64,000 nucleotides of DNA, taken from the sequence record DRR378314_468. One strand, written 5' to 3'. Every line of letters starts with the position of its first letter. The first letter of the stretch is position 1. The notes below the pieces were generated by a model. That model made no database searches, was not told where the DNA came from, and saw only the letters and a program-made list of their open reading frames with translations. Made by a program: the position numbers and the translations under genes. Below, one piece after another: positions 30,004 to 40,027 of the stretch.

Positions 30004-31872
30004 ATGTTTGAAAAGGAATATGATGTAATTGTTGTAGGAGGAGGACACGCAGGCGCTGAGGCAACCGCCGCAGCTGCCAACATGGGCTCACGGACTTTGT
30101 TGGTTACAATGAACCTTCAGACTATTGGACAAATGTCTTGTAATCCTGCTATGGGCGGAATCGCCAAAGGACAAATTGTTAGAGAGATTGATGCCCTGGG
30201 AGGGTATAGTGGGATTGTAACCGATAAGTCCGCTATACAGTTTAAAATGCTTAATAAGTCCAAAGGGCCAGCGATGTGGAGTCCGCGAGCACAGAGCGAC
30301 AGAATGCGTTTTGCAGAGGAGTGGAGAATGGCTTTGGAGAACACCCCGAATGCCGATTTCTATCAGGAAATGGTTAATGGTTTATTGATTGAGGGGGATA
30401 AAGTTGTTGGTGTAAAAACAAGTCTTGGTTTAGAGATTCGTGGCAAATCTGTAGTACTTACCAACGGTACTTTTTTAAACGGTCTAATCCATATTGGAGA
30501 AAAGCAATTGGGTGGAGGAAGAGCCGGTGAAAAAGCCGCTACAGGAATTACAGAGCAGCTGGTGGATTTGGGTTTTGATAGTGGTCGAATGAAAACAGGA
30601 ACACCTCCGAGAGTTGATGGCAGATCTTTGGATTATTCCAAAATGATTGTGCAGCCGGGAGATGATGTTCCTGAAAAATTCTCTTATTTAAACACTCCCG
30701 TTCTTCAAACACAACGGGATTGTTATATGACTCATACCAGCAAATTGGTTCATGATTTACTCCGTGAAGGATTCGAAAGGTCTCCAATGTTCAATGGTAG
30801 AATCAAAAGTATTGGACCAAGATATTGTCCTTCTATCGAGGATAAAATCAATCGGTTTGCAGATAAAGATTCACACCAAATTTTTGTGGAGCCGGAGGGG
30901 TGGGATACGGTAGAAATGTATGTGAATGGTTTCTCAACTTCCCTACCAGAGGATGTTCAATATAGAGCTTTGAAATCCGTAAAAGGATTTGAGCATGTCA
31001 AGTTCTTTAGACCTGGTTATGCGATCGAATATGATTATTTTCCGCCTACCCAGTTAAAGCACACCCTTGAAACTAAGTTGGTGAACAATCTTTATTTTGC
31101 AGGTCAAATTAATGGCACTACAGGATACGAGGAAGCTGCTTCTCAAGGTTTGATGGCAGGTATTAATGCCCATCTCAAAATCAATGGAAAGGAACCCTTT
31201 ATTTTGAAAAGGGATGAAGCTTACATAGGTGTTTTGGTGGATGATTTGATTACAAAGGGTACAGAAGAACCTTATCGAATGTTTACTTCAAGAGCCGAAT
31301 ACCGAACACTATTGCGCCAAGATAATGCTGATTTGCGACTTACACCCAAAGGTTATGAAATTGGTTTGGCCAAGGAAGAACGCCTTAAAAGGATGGAAGA
31401 AAAGATGAGCAAATCTGACCGTTTTGTGTACTTCTTTAAAAAGACGAGTTTCACTACGGATGAAATCAATCCAATTTTGGAGTCCTTGGATTCATCTTTG
31501 GTTAAGCAATCCGACAAACTTTTTAAGGTGTTTTCTAGACCTAAAGTCACAATGGACCATATGCTTCAATTGGATGCGGTTTCCGAATTTGTAAAGGAAA
31601 ACGACTTGGATTCAGAGGTCTTGGAACAGGCAGAAATCCAAGTAAAATATTCAGGATATATTGCGAAGGAAAAAACGAATGCGGACAAGCTTCAGCGATT
31701 GGAGAATGTTCGCATCCCGGATAACTTTGATTATTCCAAACTAAAATCCTTGTCCTACGAGGCACGGGAAAAGTTGGAATCCATACAACCAGTTACCATA
31801 TCCCAGGCCTCAAGAATTAGCGGTGTTTCGCCCGCAGACATTAGTGTGCTTTTAGTTTATTTAGGAAGATAA
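30004..31872 (+). CDS. mnmG: tRNA U34 carboxymethylaminomethyl modification enzyme MnmG (GidA)
   Basis: GGGHAG.EA, MSCNPAMGG, GPRYCPSIEDK, AGQINGTTGYEEAA. Confidence 0.98.
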   Translation: MFEKEYDVIVVGGGHAGAEATAAAANMGSRTLLVTMNLQTIGQMSCNPAMGGIAKGQIVREIDALGGYSGIVTDKSAIQFKMLNKSKGPAMWSPRAQSDRMRFAEEWRMALENTPNADFYQEMVNGLLIEGDKVVGVKTSLGLEIRGKSVVLTNGTFLNGLIHIGEKQLGGGRAGEKAATGITEQLVDLGFDSGRMKTGTPPRVDGRSLDYSKMIVQPGDDVPEKFSYLNTPVLQTQRDCYMTHTSKLVHDLLREGFERSPMFNGRIKSIGPRYCPSIEDKINRFADKDSHQIFVEPEGWDTVEMYVNGFSTSLPEDVQYRALKSVKGFEHVKFFRPGYAIEYDYFPPTQLKHTLETKLVNNLYFAGQINGTTGYEEAASQGLMAGINAHLKINGKEPFILKRDEAYIGVLVDDLITKGTEEPYRMFTSRAEYRTLLRQDNADLRLTPKGYEIGLAKEERLKRMEEKMSKSDRFVYFFKKTSFTTDEINPILESLDSSLVKQSDKLFKVFSRPKVTMDHMLQLDAVSEFVKENDLDSEVLEQAEIQVKYSGYIAKEKTNADKLQRLENVRIPDNFDYSKLKSLSYEAREKLESIQPVTISQASRISGVSPADISVLLVYLGR

Positions 31873-31882
31873 TTTTTTAATT

Positions 31883-31898
31883 TGTTCCACGTGGAACA
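31883..31898. promoter_or_regulatory. parS site
   Basis: Perfect palindrome TGTTCCACGTGGAACA, 10 nt after the mnmG stop. Confidence 0.9.
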
Positions 31899-31966
31899 CA
31901 GTTTTTATTCCGTCATAAACTAAATGGTGTGGTTTTTGATTTCATTTTGGCCTAACACCACACCAA

Positions 31967-32512
31967 ATGAAAAGAGCATTGCTAACCATTTTTGTTTTTG
32001 TCTTTTTGAGTTCTTGTATCCCAATTCGGATTGCACCGGACATTAAAGACTATAAAGTGACGAAGGGAAAAAGATTCAAAAAAGGACTGCCAAAAAAGAA
32101 TGTATTTGTTTTTGAAGACCCAAAAGAAACCAACGAGTTTTATGATTACATCAATACAAAATTTCACCTCAACGATTATTATGTAGATGTGCAGGTTCCC
32201 TTTTTGGTCGAGGGCAGAACCTTTTATTTTTCTTTTTATGAAATTGAAATTCCAACCAAGACCATAAATTTGATTCCATTGGCTTTGGACGCTGCTTTGA
32301 ACCAAGCGACGGATATGGAACCGGTTTTTGAAGAGGCACATACCTCACGTGTTGGAAATTGGTATATTGCTATGGAAGTTTTTAGCGATACCGAAGAAGA
32401 TTGTTTGTTGGAAGGTTCCGTTTCAAGGGAATTGGTTTTATCCTATCTTCGGGAATTGAAGAACGAATATTTGGCTACTGATAATTACAATGAAGTTGTT
32501 TTTAAAAACTAA
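31967..32512 (+). CDS. Hypothetical lipoprotein
   Basis: MKR + hydrophobic stretch + LSSC lipobox. Confidence 0.7.
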   Translation: MKRALLTIFVFVFLSSCIPIRIAPDIKDYKVTKGKRFKKGLPKKNVFVFEDPKETNEFYDYINTKFHLNDYYVDVQVPFLVEGRTFYFSFYEIEIPTKTINLIPLALDAALNQATDMEPVFEEAHTSRVGNWYIAMEVFSDTEEDCLLEGSVSRELVLSYLRELKNEYLATDNYNEVVFKN

Positions 32513-33320
32513 AGATTACGCTATTTCTGGTGAACAGTTCGAATTGCATTGGGACCAAAAATTGGATATGCTGGTTACAAAGCCACAGCCTCAAAATCTG
32601 GTACCCTATTATGAAAGTGAGGACTACATTTCCCATACGGACTCCAAAAGCTCCTTCACGGACCGATTATACCAACTAGTAAAGTCAAAAAATCTTAAAA
32701 AAAAGATTCAATTAGTTGAAAATCAAGTAGATAAAATCAAAAATTTACTGGATTTAGGTGCTGGGACCGGAGATTTTTTGATTTGTGCCCAGAATTCGGG
32801 ATTTAAAACAACTGGAGTAGAACCAAATGACAATGCTCGGCTGCTGGCCCATCAAAAAGGTGTTGAACTTCAGGCAAGTTTAAAAGGTGTATCAGGTCAA
32901 AAGTTTCAAGCCATCACACTTTGGCATGTTTTGGAGCATTTGCCCAATTTGGAACAACAGGTAAAAGCATTGGTCGATCTTTTAGAGGATGATGGAGTTT
33001 TGGTCGTAGCCGTTCCCAACTTCAAATCCTTTGATGCAAAATATTATAAAAGCCACTGGGCGGCGTTTGATGTTCCCAGACACCTTTGGCATTTTTCAAA
33101 AGCGTCCATTACAAAACTTTTTGCACCTCATAAATTGGAAGTGGTAAAAATAAAACCCATGTGGTTCGATGCTTTTTATGTTTCCTTGCTTTCCGAAAAA
33201 TACAAAGGCAACAAGTTGTACTTGATCAGCGCATTTTTTGTGGGATTGTGGTCCAATCTTACCGCTATCTTGACAAAAGAACAATCCTCACTGATTTACA
33301 TCCTCAAAAAGAAGAAATAA
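32490..33320 (+). CDS. Class I SAM-dependent methyltransferase
   Basis: LLDLGAGTG motif I, ITLWHVLEH, DVPRHLWHF. Confidence 0.9.
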   Translation: MKLFLKTKDYAISGEQFELHWDQKLDMLVTKPQPQNLVPYYESEDYISHTDSKSSFTDRLYQLVKSKNLKKKIQLVENQVDKIKNLLDLGAGTGDFLICAQNSGFKTTGVEPNDNARLLAHQKGVELQASLKGVSGQKFQAITLWHVLEHLPNLEQQVKALVDLLEDDGVLVVAVPNFKSFDAKYYKSHWAAFDVPRHLWHFSKASITKLFAPHKLEVVKIKPMWFDAFYVSLLSEKYKGNKLYLISAFFVGLWSNLTAILTKEQSSLIYILKKKK

Positions 33321-33558
33321 GCCGTTTTTAAGCCCGCTCTTGGCCTAAGTGAGCAAAAGGAGCACAATTATATTAAGCAAAAAAGATCTGCCCATATCGC
33401 CCTGTTTCTGCGAGCCATTAAAATAAGCACGTTCAATCAAAGTGATAGTTTTTCATAAGAATTATTTATGGGTTGTTGTGCCCAAGATTTCATATCAGAA
33501 AAACTTAATGCCAGCTTTCCAAAAAGCTTTGCTATTTTTGCGCATCGATAAAAATCAA

Positions 33559-34068
33559 ATGATGAAAAAATTAGTAGTGCTTGCGATTGCCATCACCGCC
33601 ATGGCATGTCAGCAAAACAAAATTGGATATGTGGATAGTGTAAAGATCATGGATGACTATCAAGAAAAAGTTGATGTCGATGCCAGGTTCCAAACCAAAG
33701 CACAGGCCATGACCAGAAAAAGGGACAGTATTTCACAAGCCTTTCAAATGGAATTGCAACAATTTCAAAGCAAGGCCCAGAGCATGTCGCAGCAAAATGC
33801 ACAAGAGCAGTATTCCCAAATACAGCAACGAGGTCAACAAATAGGGCAACAGTTGCAACAAGAGGAGCAACAACTGCAGCAAAAAAGCCAGGCCGAAATG
33901 GACACTTTGGTAAGAAAGGTAAAAAAGGAGATCAGGGCTTACGGTAAGGCCAACGGATACACCTATATTTTGGGTGGTGGCGATGGCGGTTCTGTAATTT
34001 ATGGAGACGATGCCAAAGACTTAACCGACGAGATCCTTAAGATCTTGAACGATAAGTACGAGAACTAA
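33559..34068 (+). CDS. OmpH/Skp family chaperone (lipoprotein-type signal)
   Basis: MMKKLVVLAIAITAMAC; KIGYVD; Q-rich helices; GYTYIL...DLTDEILK. Start re-assigned downstream of the TATTTTTG box at 33533-33540. Confidence 0.87.
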   Translation: MMKKLVVLAIAITAMACQQNKIGYVDSVKIMDDYQEKVDVDARFQTKAQAMTRKRDSISQAFQMELQQFQSKAQSMSQQNAQEQYSQIQQRGQQIGQQLQQEEQQLQQKSQAEMDTLVRKVKKEIRAYGKANGYTYILGGGDGGSVIYGDDAKDLTDEILKILNDKYEN

Positions 34069-34093
34069 ACGCAATAAAACATAAGTTAAGAAG

Positions 34094-34118
34094 GCCCACT
34101 CTTTTGAGTGGGTTTTTT
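34094..34118. terminator. Intrinsic terminator after ompH/skp
   Basis: GCCCACTC-TTTT-GAGTGGGT followed by a T tract. Confidence 0.82.
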
Positions 34119-34122
34119 GTTG

Positions 34123-34698
34123 TTATGATTTTGTTTTCCGGTAAGAAAGAAACATAAAAATTCCAAACCCAAGCTCTAGTAAGGAACCCGATAGTGCGGA
34201 TATGGCCGGATTAGCTTTAAAAAAGAACAAAGCAAACGCCGCAGCGCCCAACATACCGCCCAAGACCCAATACGTTTTGATGCCATAAAGCGAACTAAAC
34301 GTTAAATACCTTCCACCAATGACCAACAGCATACCCTGAAAAAACCAAGCATGTTCCTGTAATGAAAGGAGTAGGGCCAAGGGAATGCACATCAACATAA
34401 AAAAGGTCCCTTCCATAATCAATTTTCCCAATGGGTTTTGTTTGGAATGACTGCCTTTAACGCCTATCAATTTAGCCATTAACAGGCCTAAAGGATGAAT
34501 GAGCATACCACCAAAAAACAAGGTCCATATTGCGGTTTGTGAAGAAACCAAAAAAGCTGCCAAAGCGGCTGCCATCCAAACAGTTCCTGAAGCTAAAACC
34601 CCCAACGCGCCATCAGCATAGCCTTCACGTAAATCGGCTTGTGCAATTGAAATGGAATCAATAGGAGTTTCCTCTATATTTTGTGTTTGTTTGTTCAT
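34123..34698 (-). CDS. Hypothetical multi-pass membrane protein
   Basis: About six hydrophobic segments; NPLG.L and G.RYL.F..LYG motifs. Confidence 0.7.
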   Translation of the reverse strand: MNKQTQNIEETPIDSISIAQADLREGYADGALGVLASGTVWMAAALAAFLVSSQTAIWTLFFGGMLIHPLGLLMAKLIGVKGSHSKQNPLGKLIMEGTFFMLMCIPLALLLSLQEHAWFFQGMLLVIGGRYLTFSSLYGIKTYWVLGGMLGAAAFALFFFKANPAISALSGSLLELGFGIFMFLSYRKTKS

Positions 34699-34717
34699 TT
34701 TTGATGATGAGTTGTAG

Positions 34718-34894
34718 TTACCTTTTTGACTTTTTCTCTCGAATCACGGCAACCATTGCCACAATCAGTAAAATGTTGGAGATGATTCCCCATAGTGCAC
34801 TATTGCCTTTTTTCAATTCTATCAGGTTGATAACCAAAAGCGCTAAACTAATCACAATAAGAAGTACTGGGGCAATCCCTTTTTTTACAAACAT
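34718..34894 (-). CDS. Small two-TM protein, 58 aa (not in the ORF track)
   Basis: MFVKKGIAPVLLIVISLALLVINLIELKKGNSALWGIISNILLIVAMVAVIREKKSKR; fills the gap between co-oriented genes. Confidence 0.65.
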   Translation of the reverse strand: MFVKKGIAPVLLIVISLALLVINLIELKKGNSALWGIISNILLIVAMVAVIREKKSKR

Positions 34895-34908
34895 GATTAC
34901 AGTTACAT

Positions 34909-35358
34909 TTAAAGTTCAATATCAAGTTGTCTTCCCTCTTCCTTGGCCTTGTTGTCCATACGTGAACCCATGGCAAGTCCGATGGACATTCCAACTGGCA
35001 GGCCGATGCCCAAATAGGCCATATTGTTTAGGCTGAGCCCGAATGCTGCACCAATGGGAATTCCAAAAACCGTCATGCCCAAGACAAACCAGGTTTTTCT
35101 GAAATAATTTATGGGAACAATTTTTAGCTTCTGGGCCAACATACCAACAATTTTGGATTGCTCTTTTCGAATCTCGTTCCGCAATGTTTTGTCGGTATCC
35201 GTTATGGAATTAAGTTGCGTTATGTGCTTATTTATCAACAATTTAATCTCTTCGGGCAGCTTCTTTTTTTTGATTTCCAGAATCAACCGTTCAAATTGTT
35301 CGTAGGCACTTTTGGTTTTATCAGTGAGTTCAGGGCGTTGGATAGGTTCTAGAATCAT
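34909..35358 (-). CDS. Hypothetical protein with C-terminal Gly-rich TM hairpin
   Basis: Helical N-terminus; GIPIGAAFG...GIGLPVGMSIG. Confidence 0.72.
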   Translation of the reverse strand: MILEPIQRPELTDKTKSAYEQFERLILEIKKKKLPEEIKLLINKHITQLNSITDTDKTLRNEIRKEQSKIVGMLAQKLKIVPINYFRKTWFVLGMTVFGIPIGAAFGLSLNNMAYLGIGLPVGMSIGLAMGSRMDNKAKEEGRQLDIEL

Positions 35359-35371
35359 ATTCGGAAAGGTC

Positions 35372-35767
35372 TTATTGCATCAAATACACTAAAAAAACAG
35401 TCGGAATTAAATAGACCACAATGGTTTGTGCTCCAACATAGTCCTTGGCAACCCGCTGGCCCAGCAACAGCATCAATAAGGTTAGGGTTGAAAGCAAGGC
35501 TCCGTAGAACCCAAAAACACTTTCTCCATCAATGGCAGATTGAAAAACACCAACGCCACAAAGTATTCCCGAAAGCATTTCGAGCACCAAAACTACGCCA
35601 AGCAATAACGGAACGGCCCCATTGAAAATCGATTTTGAAAAATGGTCTGTCAACCACCCAAGATTGCCCTTCCAATCCAAAAGCTTATCGATTCCGCTCT
35701 GTAAAAAAGTTATGGTCAAAAACAACAACAACAAAATTTCTGTGGCATTGGAAATTAAATGGTTCAT
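35372..35767 (-). CDS. DoxX-like membrane protein
   Basis: FLQSGIDKLLDW..N..WL..HF; four TM segments. Confidence 0.78.
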   Translation of the reverse strand: MNHLISNATEILLLLFLTITFLQSGIDKLLDWKGNLGWLTDHFSKSIFNGAVPLLLGVVLVLEMLSGILCGVGVFQSAIDGESVFGFYGALLSTLTLLMLLLGQRVAKDYVGAQTIVVYLIPTVFLVYLMQ

Positions 35768-35779
35768 GGTCAGTTTTAT

Positions 35780-36931
35780 TTAAGCGGCCTTAGCGTGCAA
35801 GAGCCGTGTAAGTTTAATGGACAGGTCCGTGAAAATCAATTTGGAGTTTCCGTTGCGTTCCACGTGAAAAATCGCTTCTTCCAACTCCTCTACAATATCC
35901 AAAATATTGTTTTCATGTACAAAAGGGGCAAACTTGTTCAAGTCAAAACCCTCCATGTGCACTTTGACGTGTACAAGTTCGTTGGCTTTGTAATTGAGCA
36001 AAAGCGCCTGACGCATCATGGTTAGGCAATAGTTGAGGAACTTTTTTTGGACCTCGCGACCTGTTTTCGCCACTTCTTCGCTCCACAAAATCAACTCTTG
36101 GATTGCGCCTTTGTTGCCCTTGGCCTTAAAAGCGCTTCGCACCCATTGTACAAACCAGCGTTCGAACACCAAGTCTTCCGAATCCTTGTTCAATAAATCA
36201 AGCGCCTTGTTAAAATTACCGTTTGCTTCCAAGGCAATCGTGAGTGCCTCTGTCTGTGAAACTCCCCTGAGCAAAAGCGTATCGGTAATAACCTGCTCCG
36301 TCAATGGCGGGAAATTCAAGATTTGGCAACGTGACCGAATCGTGTTGATGATCTGCTCTTCATCTTCTGCCAAAAGAAGTAAAATAGTTTTGTTGGGCGG
36401 TTCCTCGATCAACTTTAACAACTTGTTGGCGGCAGAGGTGTTCATCTTTTCGGCCATCCAAACAATCAAGATCTTGTATCCTCCTTCGTAAGATTTCAAG
36501 GATAGTTTTTTAACCATATCCTGGGCTTCATCCACCCCGATTTGGCCCTGCTTTTTTTCAATGCCTATGTGTCGGTACCAATCAAACAGGTTTCCATAGG
36601 GCTGTTCTTTTACAAATTGACGCCATTCTTCCAAATAATGATCGCTCACCGCATGCGACTTTACCTTATCAGAATTGGAAACCGGAAAGGCAAAATGAAG
36701 GTCAGGGTGTGTTAATGAATTGCATTTGGTGTTGCAAACCGTATTTCCCCCATCATTTTCACCACCAGTATTGCCACAGAGCAAATACTGCGCATAAGCA
36801 ATGGCCATGGGAAGTACGCCGGAACCTTCGGGTCCCACGAACAATTGAGCATGCGCCACTCGACCTGTTTCCGCCGTGGTCAGCAAATGGTTCTTGATGT
36901 GCTCAAGCCCTAAAACATTTTTAAAAAGCAT
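35780..36931 (-). CDS. holB: DNA polymerase III delta-prime subunit
   Basis: HAQLFVGPEG, HPDLHF, AANKLLKLIEEPP, TIRSRCQ; start placed at MLFKNVLG, just after a TATCTTTG box. Confidence 0.92.
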   Translation of the reverse strand: MLFKNVLGLEHIKNHLLTTAETGRVAHAQLFVGPEGSGVLPMAIAYAQYLLCGNTGGENDGGNTVCNTKCNSLTHPDLHFAFPVSNSDKVKSHAVSDHYLEEWRQFVKEQPYGNLFDWYRHIGIEKKQGQIGVDEAQDMVKKLSLKSYEGGYKILIVWMAEKMNTSAANKLLKLIEEPPNKTILLLLAEDEEQIINTIRSRCQILNFPPLTEQVITDTLLLRGVSQTEALTIALEANGNFNKALDLLNKDSEDLVFERWFVQWVRSAFKAKGNKGAIQELILWSEEVAKTGREVQKKFLNYCLTMMRQALLLNYKANELVHVKVHMEGFDLNKFAPFVHENNILDIVEELEEAIFHVERNGNSKLIFTDLSIKLTRLLHAKAA

Positions 36932-37112
36932 GTTCCAAAGATACATTTTTAAGTGGTGAAGTTTTGTTAAGAACGGACCATGTAGCATGGAATGCATTAA
37001 CAGATTATACATAAAAGGTTAAAAACCGTGAAACTTTGAAATATTAGGCCCGTCCGACCCTTGAAAAAGCAGGAAATCTTTACATTTGAAATTCTCAAAA
37101 AAGACACACTAC

Positions 37113-38303
37113 ATGAAGACGATAGACGATTTTAATTTCGAAGGAAAGAAAGCATTGATCAGGGTTGATTTCAACGTGCCGTTGGATGGCGATTTTAATG
37201 TTACCGACACCAGCCGTATTGATGCCGCAAAACCTAGTATCCTTAAAGTTTTGGAAGATGGGGGATCCGCCATATTAATGAGCCATATGGGAAGACCAAA
37301 AGGAAAGGTAAATCCAGCAATGTCCCTTTCCCACATCACGGAAACTGTATCCAATATTATTGGGGTACAGGTAAAATTTGTAGAAGATTGTGTCGGCACC
37401 AAAGCTGAGGAAGCGGTTGCTGGATTACAAAGCGGGGAGGTGCTTTTGTTGGAAAATCTACGTTTTCATGCCGCAGAGGAAGCTGGTGATGAAGCTTTTG
37501 CTGAACAATTGTCCAAACACGGCGATGTTTATGTGAACGATGCTTTCGGTACTGCTCACCGCGCGCACGCCTCAACAACCATTGTTGCCAAATTTTTTCC
37601 CGAAAACAAATGTTTCGGATATCTGTTGGCCAAAGAAATCAAAGCGATAGATAAGGTTATGGAAACAGGTGAAAAACCTGTTACCGCTATTTTGGGAGGA
37701 GCCAAGGTTTCTTCCAAGATCACCATCATCGAAAACATATTGGACAAAGTGGACAACCTGATCATTGGCGGAGGAATGACCTACACTTTTGTGAAAGCAA
37801 AAGGTGGTAAAGTAGGGGACTCCATCTGCGAAGATGATAAAATGGAGTTGGCTTTGGAGATTCTTAAACAAGCAGAGGCCAAAAATGTAAAGGTGTATTT
37901 GCCAGTCGATGTTTTGGCCGCCGATGATTTTGACAATGGTGCCAACACACAATTTGTAGATGTGGACAAAATTCCTGATGGATGGCAAGGATTGGATGCT
38001 GGTCCAAAAACTCTGGAAATTTTCAAGCAAGTGATTTTGGCTTCCAAGACTATTTTGTGGAACGGGCCAGTAGGTGTTTTTGAAATGGAAAACTTTGCCA
38101 AGGGCACCATTGCCGTAGGCAATTATATTGATGAAGCCACGCAAAGTGGGGCATTTTCCCTTGTTGGTGGCGGAGATTCCGTCGCAGCCGTGAAGCAATT
38201 CGGGTTCGAGGAGAAAGTAAGCTATGTATCGACAGGTGGTGGGGCCATGTTGGAAAGCCTGGAAGGAAAGACCTTGCCGGGCATTGCCGCAATATTAAGC
38301 TAA
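37113..38303 (+). CDS. pgk: Phosphoglycerate kinase
   Basis: [49 protein letters not shown] box at 37081-37088. Confidence 0.98.
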   Translation: MKTIDDFNFEGKKALIRVDFNVPLDGDFNVTDTSRIDAAKPSILKVLEDGGSAILMSHMGRPKGKVNPAMSLSHITETVSNIIGVQVKFVEDCVGTKAEEAVAGLQSGEVLLLENLRFHAAEEAGDEAFAEQLSKHGDVYVNDAFGTAHRAHASTTIVAKFFPENKCFGYLLAKEIKAIDKVMETGEKPVTAILGGAKVSSKITIIENILDKVDNLIIGGGMTYTFVKAKGGKVGDSICEDDKMELALEILKQAEAKNVKVYLPVDVLAADDFDNGANTQFVDVDKIPDGWQGLDAGPKTLEIFKQVILASKTILWNGPVGVFEMENFAKGTIAVGNYIDEATQSGAFSLVGGGDSVAAVKQFGFEEKVSYVSTGGGAMLESLEGKTLPGIAAILS

Positions 38304-38422
38304 GTCTCACGTTGTGAGTTATTGGGGAAAACGTTAAAAGAGGGGAAATTTTTTCTCTGGGCTTTACTATTTCGGAAAAAAAAGCCATTTTAGTTTATCC
38401 CAACAAATCAAACCTTGTCCAA

Positions 38423-40015
38423 ATGAACCAAAAATTGAAAATAGCTGTTCTGGCGGCCATACTGTTCGCAGCTCCATTTTTAAGCGCTCAACAACAAGAT
38501 AGCCAACCAACCTCCGAGAAGGATTCCACTTTGCTCCAAGAAGAGGAAAAGGGGACCATAGCGGTATCCACGATTGAAATCGATGGTCAACTGATGGCCT
38601 TGGAAACAAAAGAGGACGGAAAATTCAGACTGCGCGATTTGGAAGAAGCTTGGCGATATGACAGTCTTTGGTTGAACGAGTTGCACAGCAATGCAGAGTT
38701 ATTCAGCGATATGTTGTTGGAAATCCAGAATGGTCCAGAGCACGATTCCATTGTGGTGGTAGATTTGCCAACGGATACCTTAAAGGCTCGATTGGCTCGC
38801 TTGGATGCAAAAACGCCGTTCAAGATTACCTATAATTCATCCTTGGAAAGTGTGATAAAATCGTTTTTGACACGAAGGAGGGATTTGATGCAGCGCATGA
38901 TGACCGCCAGCCAGTTTTACTTTCCGCTGTTCGAACAGGAGCTGGACAACCAAAACATTCCTTTGGAAATTAAATATTTGGCCATTGTCGAATCTGCCCT
39001 TAATCCTAAGGCACGATCACGAGTGGGCGCCAAAGGGCTTTGGCAATTTATGTACAGCACGGGCAAAATGTACGGACTTGACGTGAGCAGTTATGTGGAC
39101 GAAAGACACGACCCTATTATGGCCACCAAGGCCGCGAGCAAATACCTTTCCAGACTCTATGGTATTTTTGGGGACTGGGATTTGGCTTTGGCAGCATATA
39201 ATTCAGGGCCAGGAAATGTAAATAAGGCCATTCGTCGTTCTGGCGGATATGAGAACTATTGGAACATTAGGCCATTTCTTCCACGTGAAACGGCGGGGTA
39301 TCTTCCAGCTTTCTTGGCCACAATGTATATTTTTGAATATGCCGAAGAACACGGACTGCAATACAAGAAAGCAGAACGCCCGTATTTTGAAACGGACACC
39401 GTCCACGTGAAAAATATGATTACGTTCGATCAAATTTCCAAGTTGGTGGACATTAGCACGGAGGAATTGGAAATGTTGAACCCAGCGTACAAGTTGAACA
39501 TCATACCCAAAGTAGAAGGCAAAAATTATACGTTGCGATTGCCTACAGCCAAAATTGGCAAGTTCGTATCCAATGAAGAGGAAATTTATGCTTTTGTAAA
39601 GAAGGAACTCGATTCCCTGGAAAAGCCATTGCCCAATATGGTGACGGCGCAAGACCAGATTCGTTATCGGGTGAAGAGCGGGGATTATTTGGGAAAAATT
39701 GCGGAGCGATACGGGGTTGGTGTTAGCCAGATCAAAAGATGGAACGGATTGCGAAGCAACAACCTTCGAATAGGTCAACGCCTGACCATTTACCCCAGAA
39801 AACCATATATCGCCAAAAACACTAGTTCCAAACCCACTGGAAATGCGGTTGCGGGAGGTTCCAAAATCCATACGGTAAGATCGGGCGATTCGCTTTGGAC
39901 GATATCCAAACAATACCCTGGAGTTTCCATTGAAAATTTGCGAGAATGGAACGGTATTAGCGGTAATAACCTAAAACCGGGCACAAAACTTAAATTGTGC
40001 GATTGTTCTTCGTAA
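38423..40015 (+). CDS. mltD: MltD-like lytic transglycosylase with LysM domains
   Basis: AIVESALNP, GLWQFM, LAAYNSGPG SLT motifs; two C-terminal LysM repeats. Confidence 0.88.
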   Translation: MNQKLKIAVLAAILFAAPFLSAQQQDSQPTSEKDSTLLQEEEKGTIAVSTIEIDGQLMALETKEDGKFRLRDLEEAWRYDSLWLNELHSNAELFSDMLLEIQNGPEHDSIVVVDLPTDTLKARLARLDAKTPFKITYNSSLESVIKSFLTRRRDLMQRMMTASQFYFPLFEQELDNQNIPLEIKYLAIVESALNPKARSRVGAKGLWQFMYSTGKMYGLDVSSYVDERHDPIMATKAASKYLSRLYGIFGDWDLALAAYNSGPGNVNKAIRRSGGYENYWNIRPFLPRETAGYLPAFLATMYIFEYAEEHGLQYKKAERPYFETDTVHVKNMITFDQISKLVDISTEELEMLNPAYKLNIIPKVEGKNYTLRLPTAKIGKFVSNEEEIYAFVKKELDSLEKPLPNMVTAQDQIRYRVKSGDYLGKIAERYGVGVSQIKRWNGLRSNNLRIGQRLTIYPRKPYIAKNTSSKPTGNAVAGGSKIHTVRSGDSLWTISKQYPGVSIENLREWNGISGNNLKPGTKLKLCDCSS

Positions 40016-40027
40016 ATTTAACACAAG

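Noticed and set aside
33448-33476. dif-like CATAA-N7-TTATG
   Set aside because: Spacer is 7 rather than 6 nt, the XerD arm (TTATGTTAAAT) is not matched, and the parS/mnmG context points to the origin rather than the terminus.
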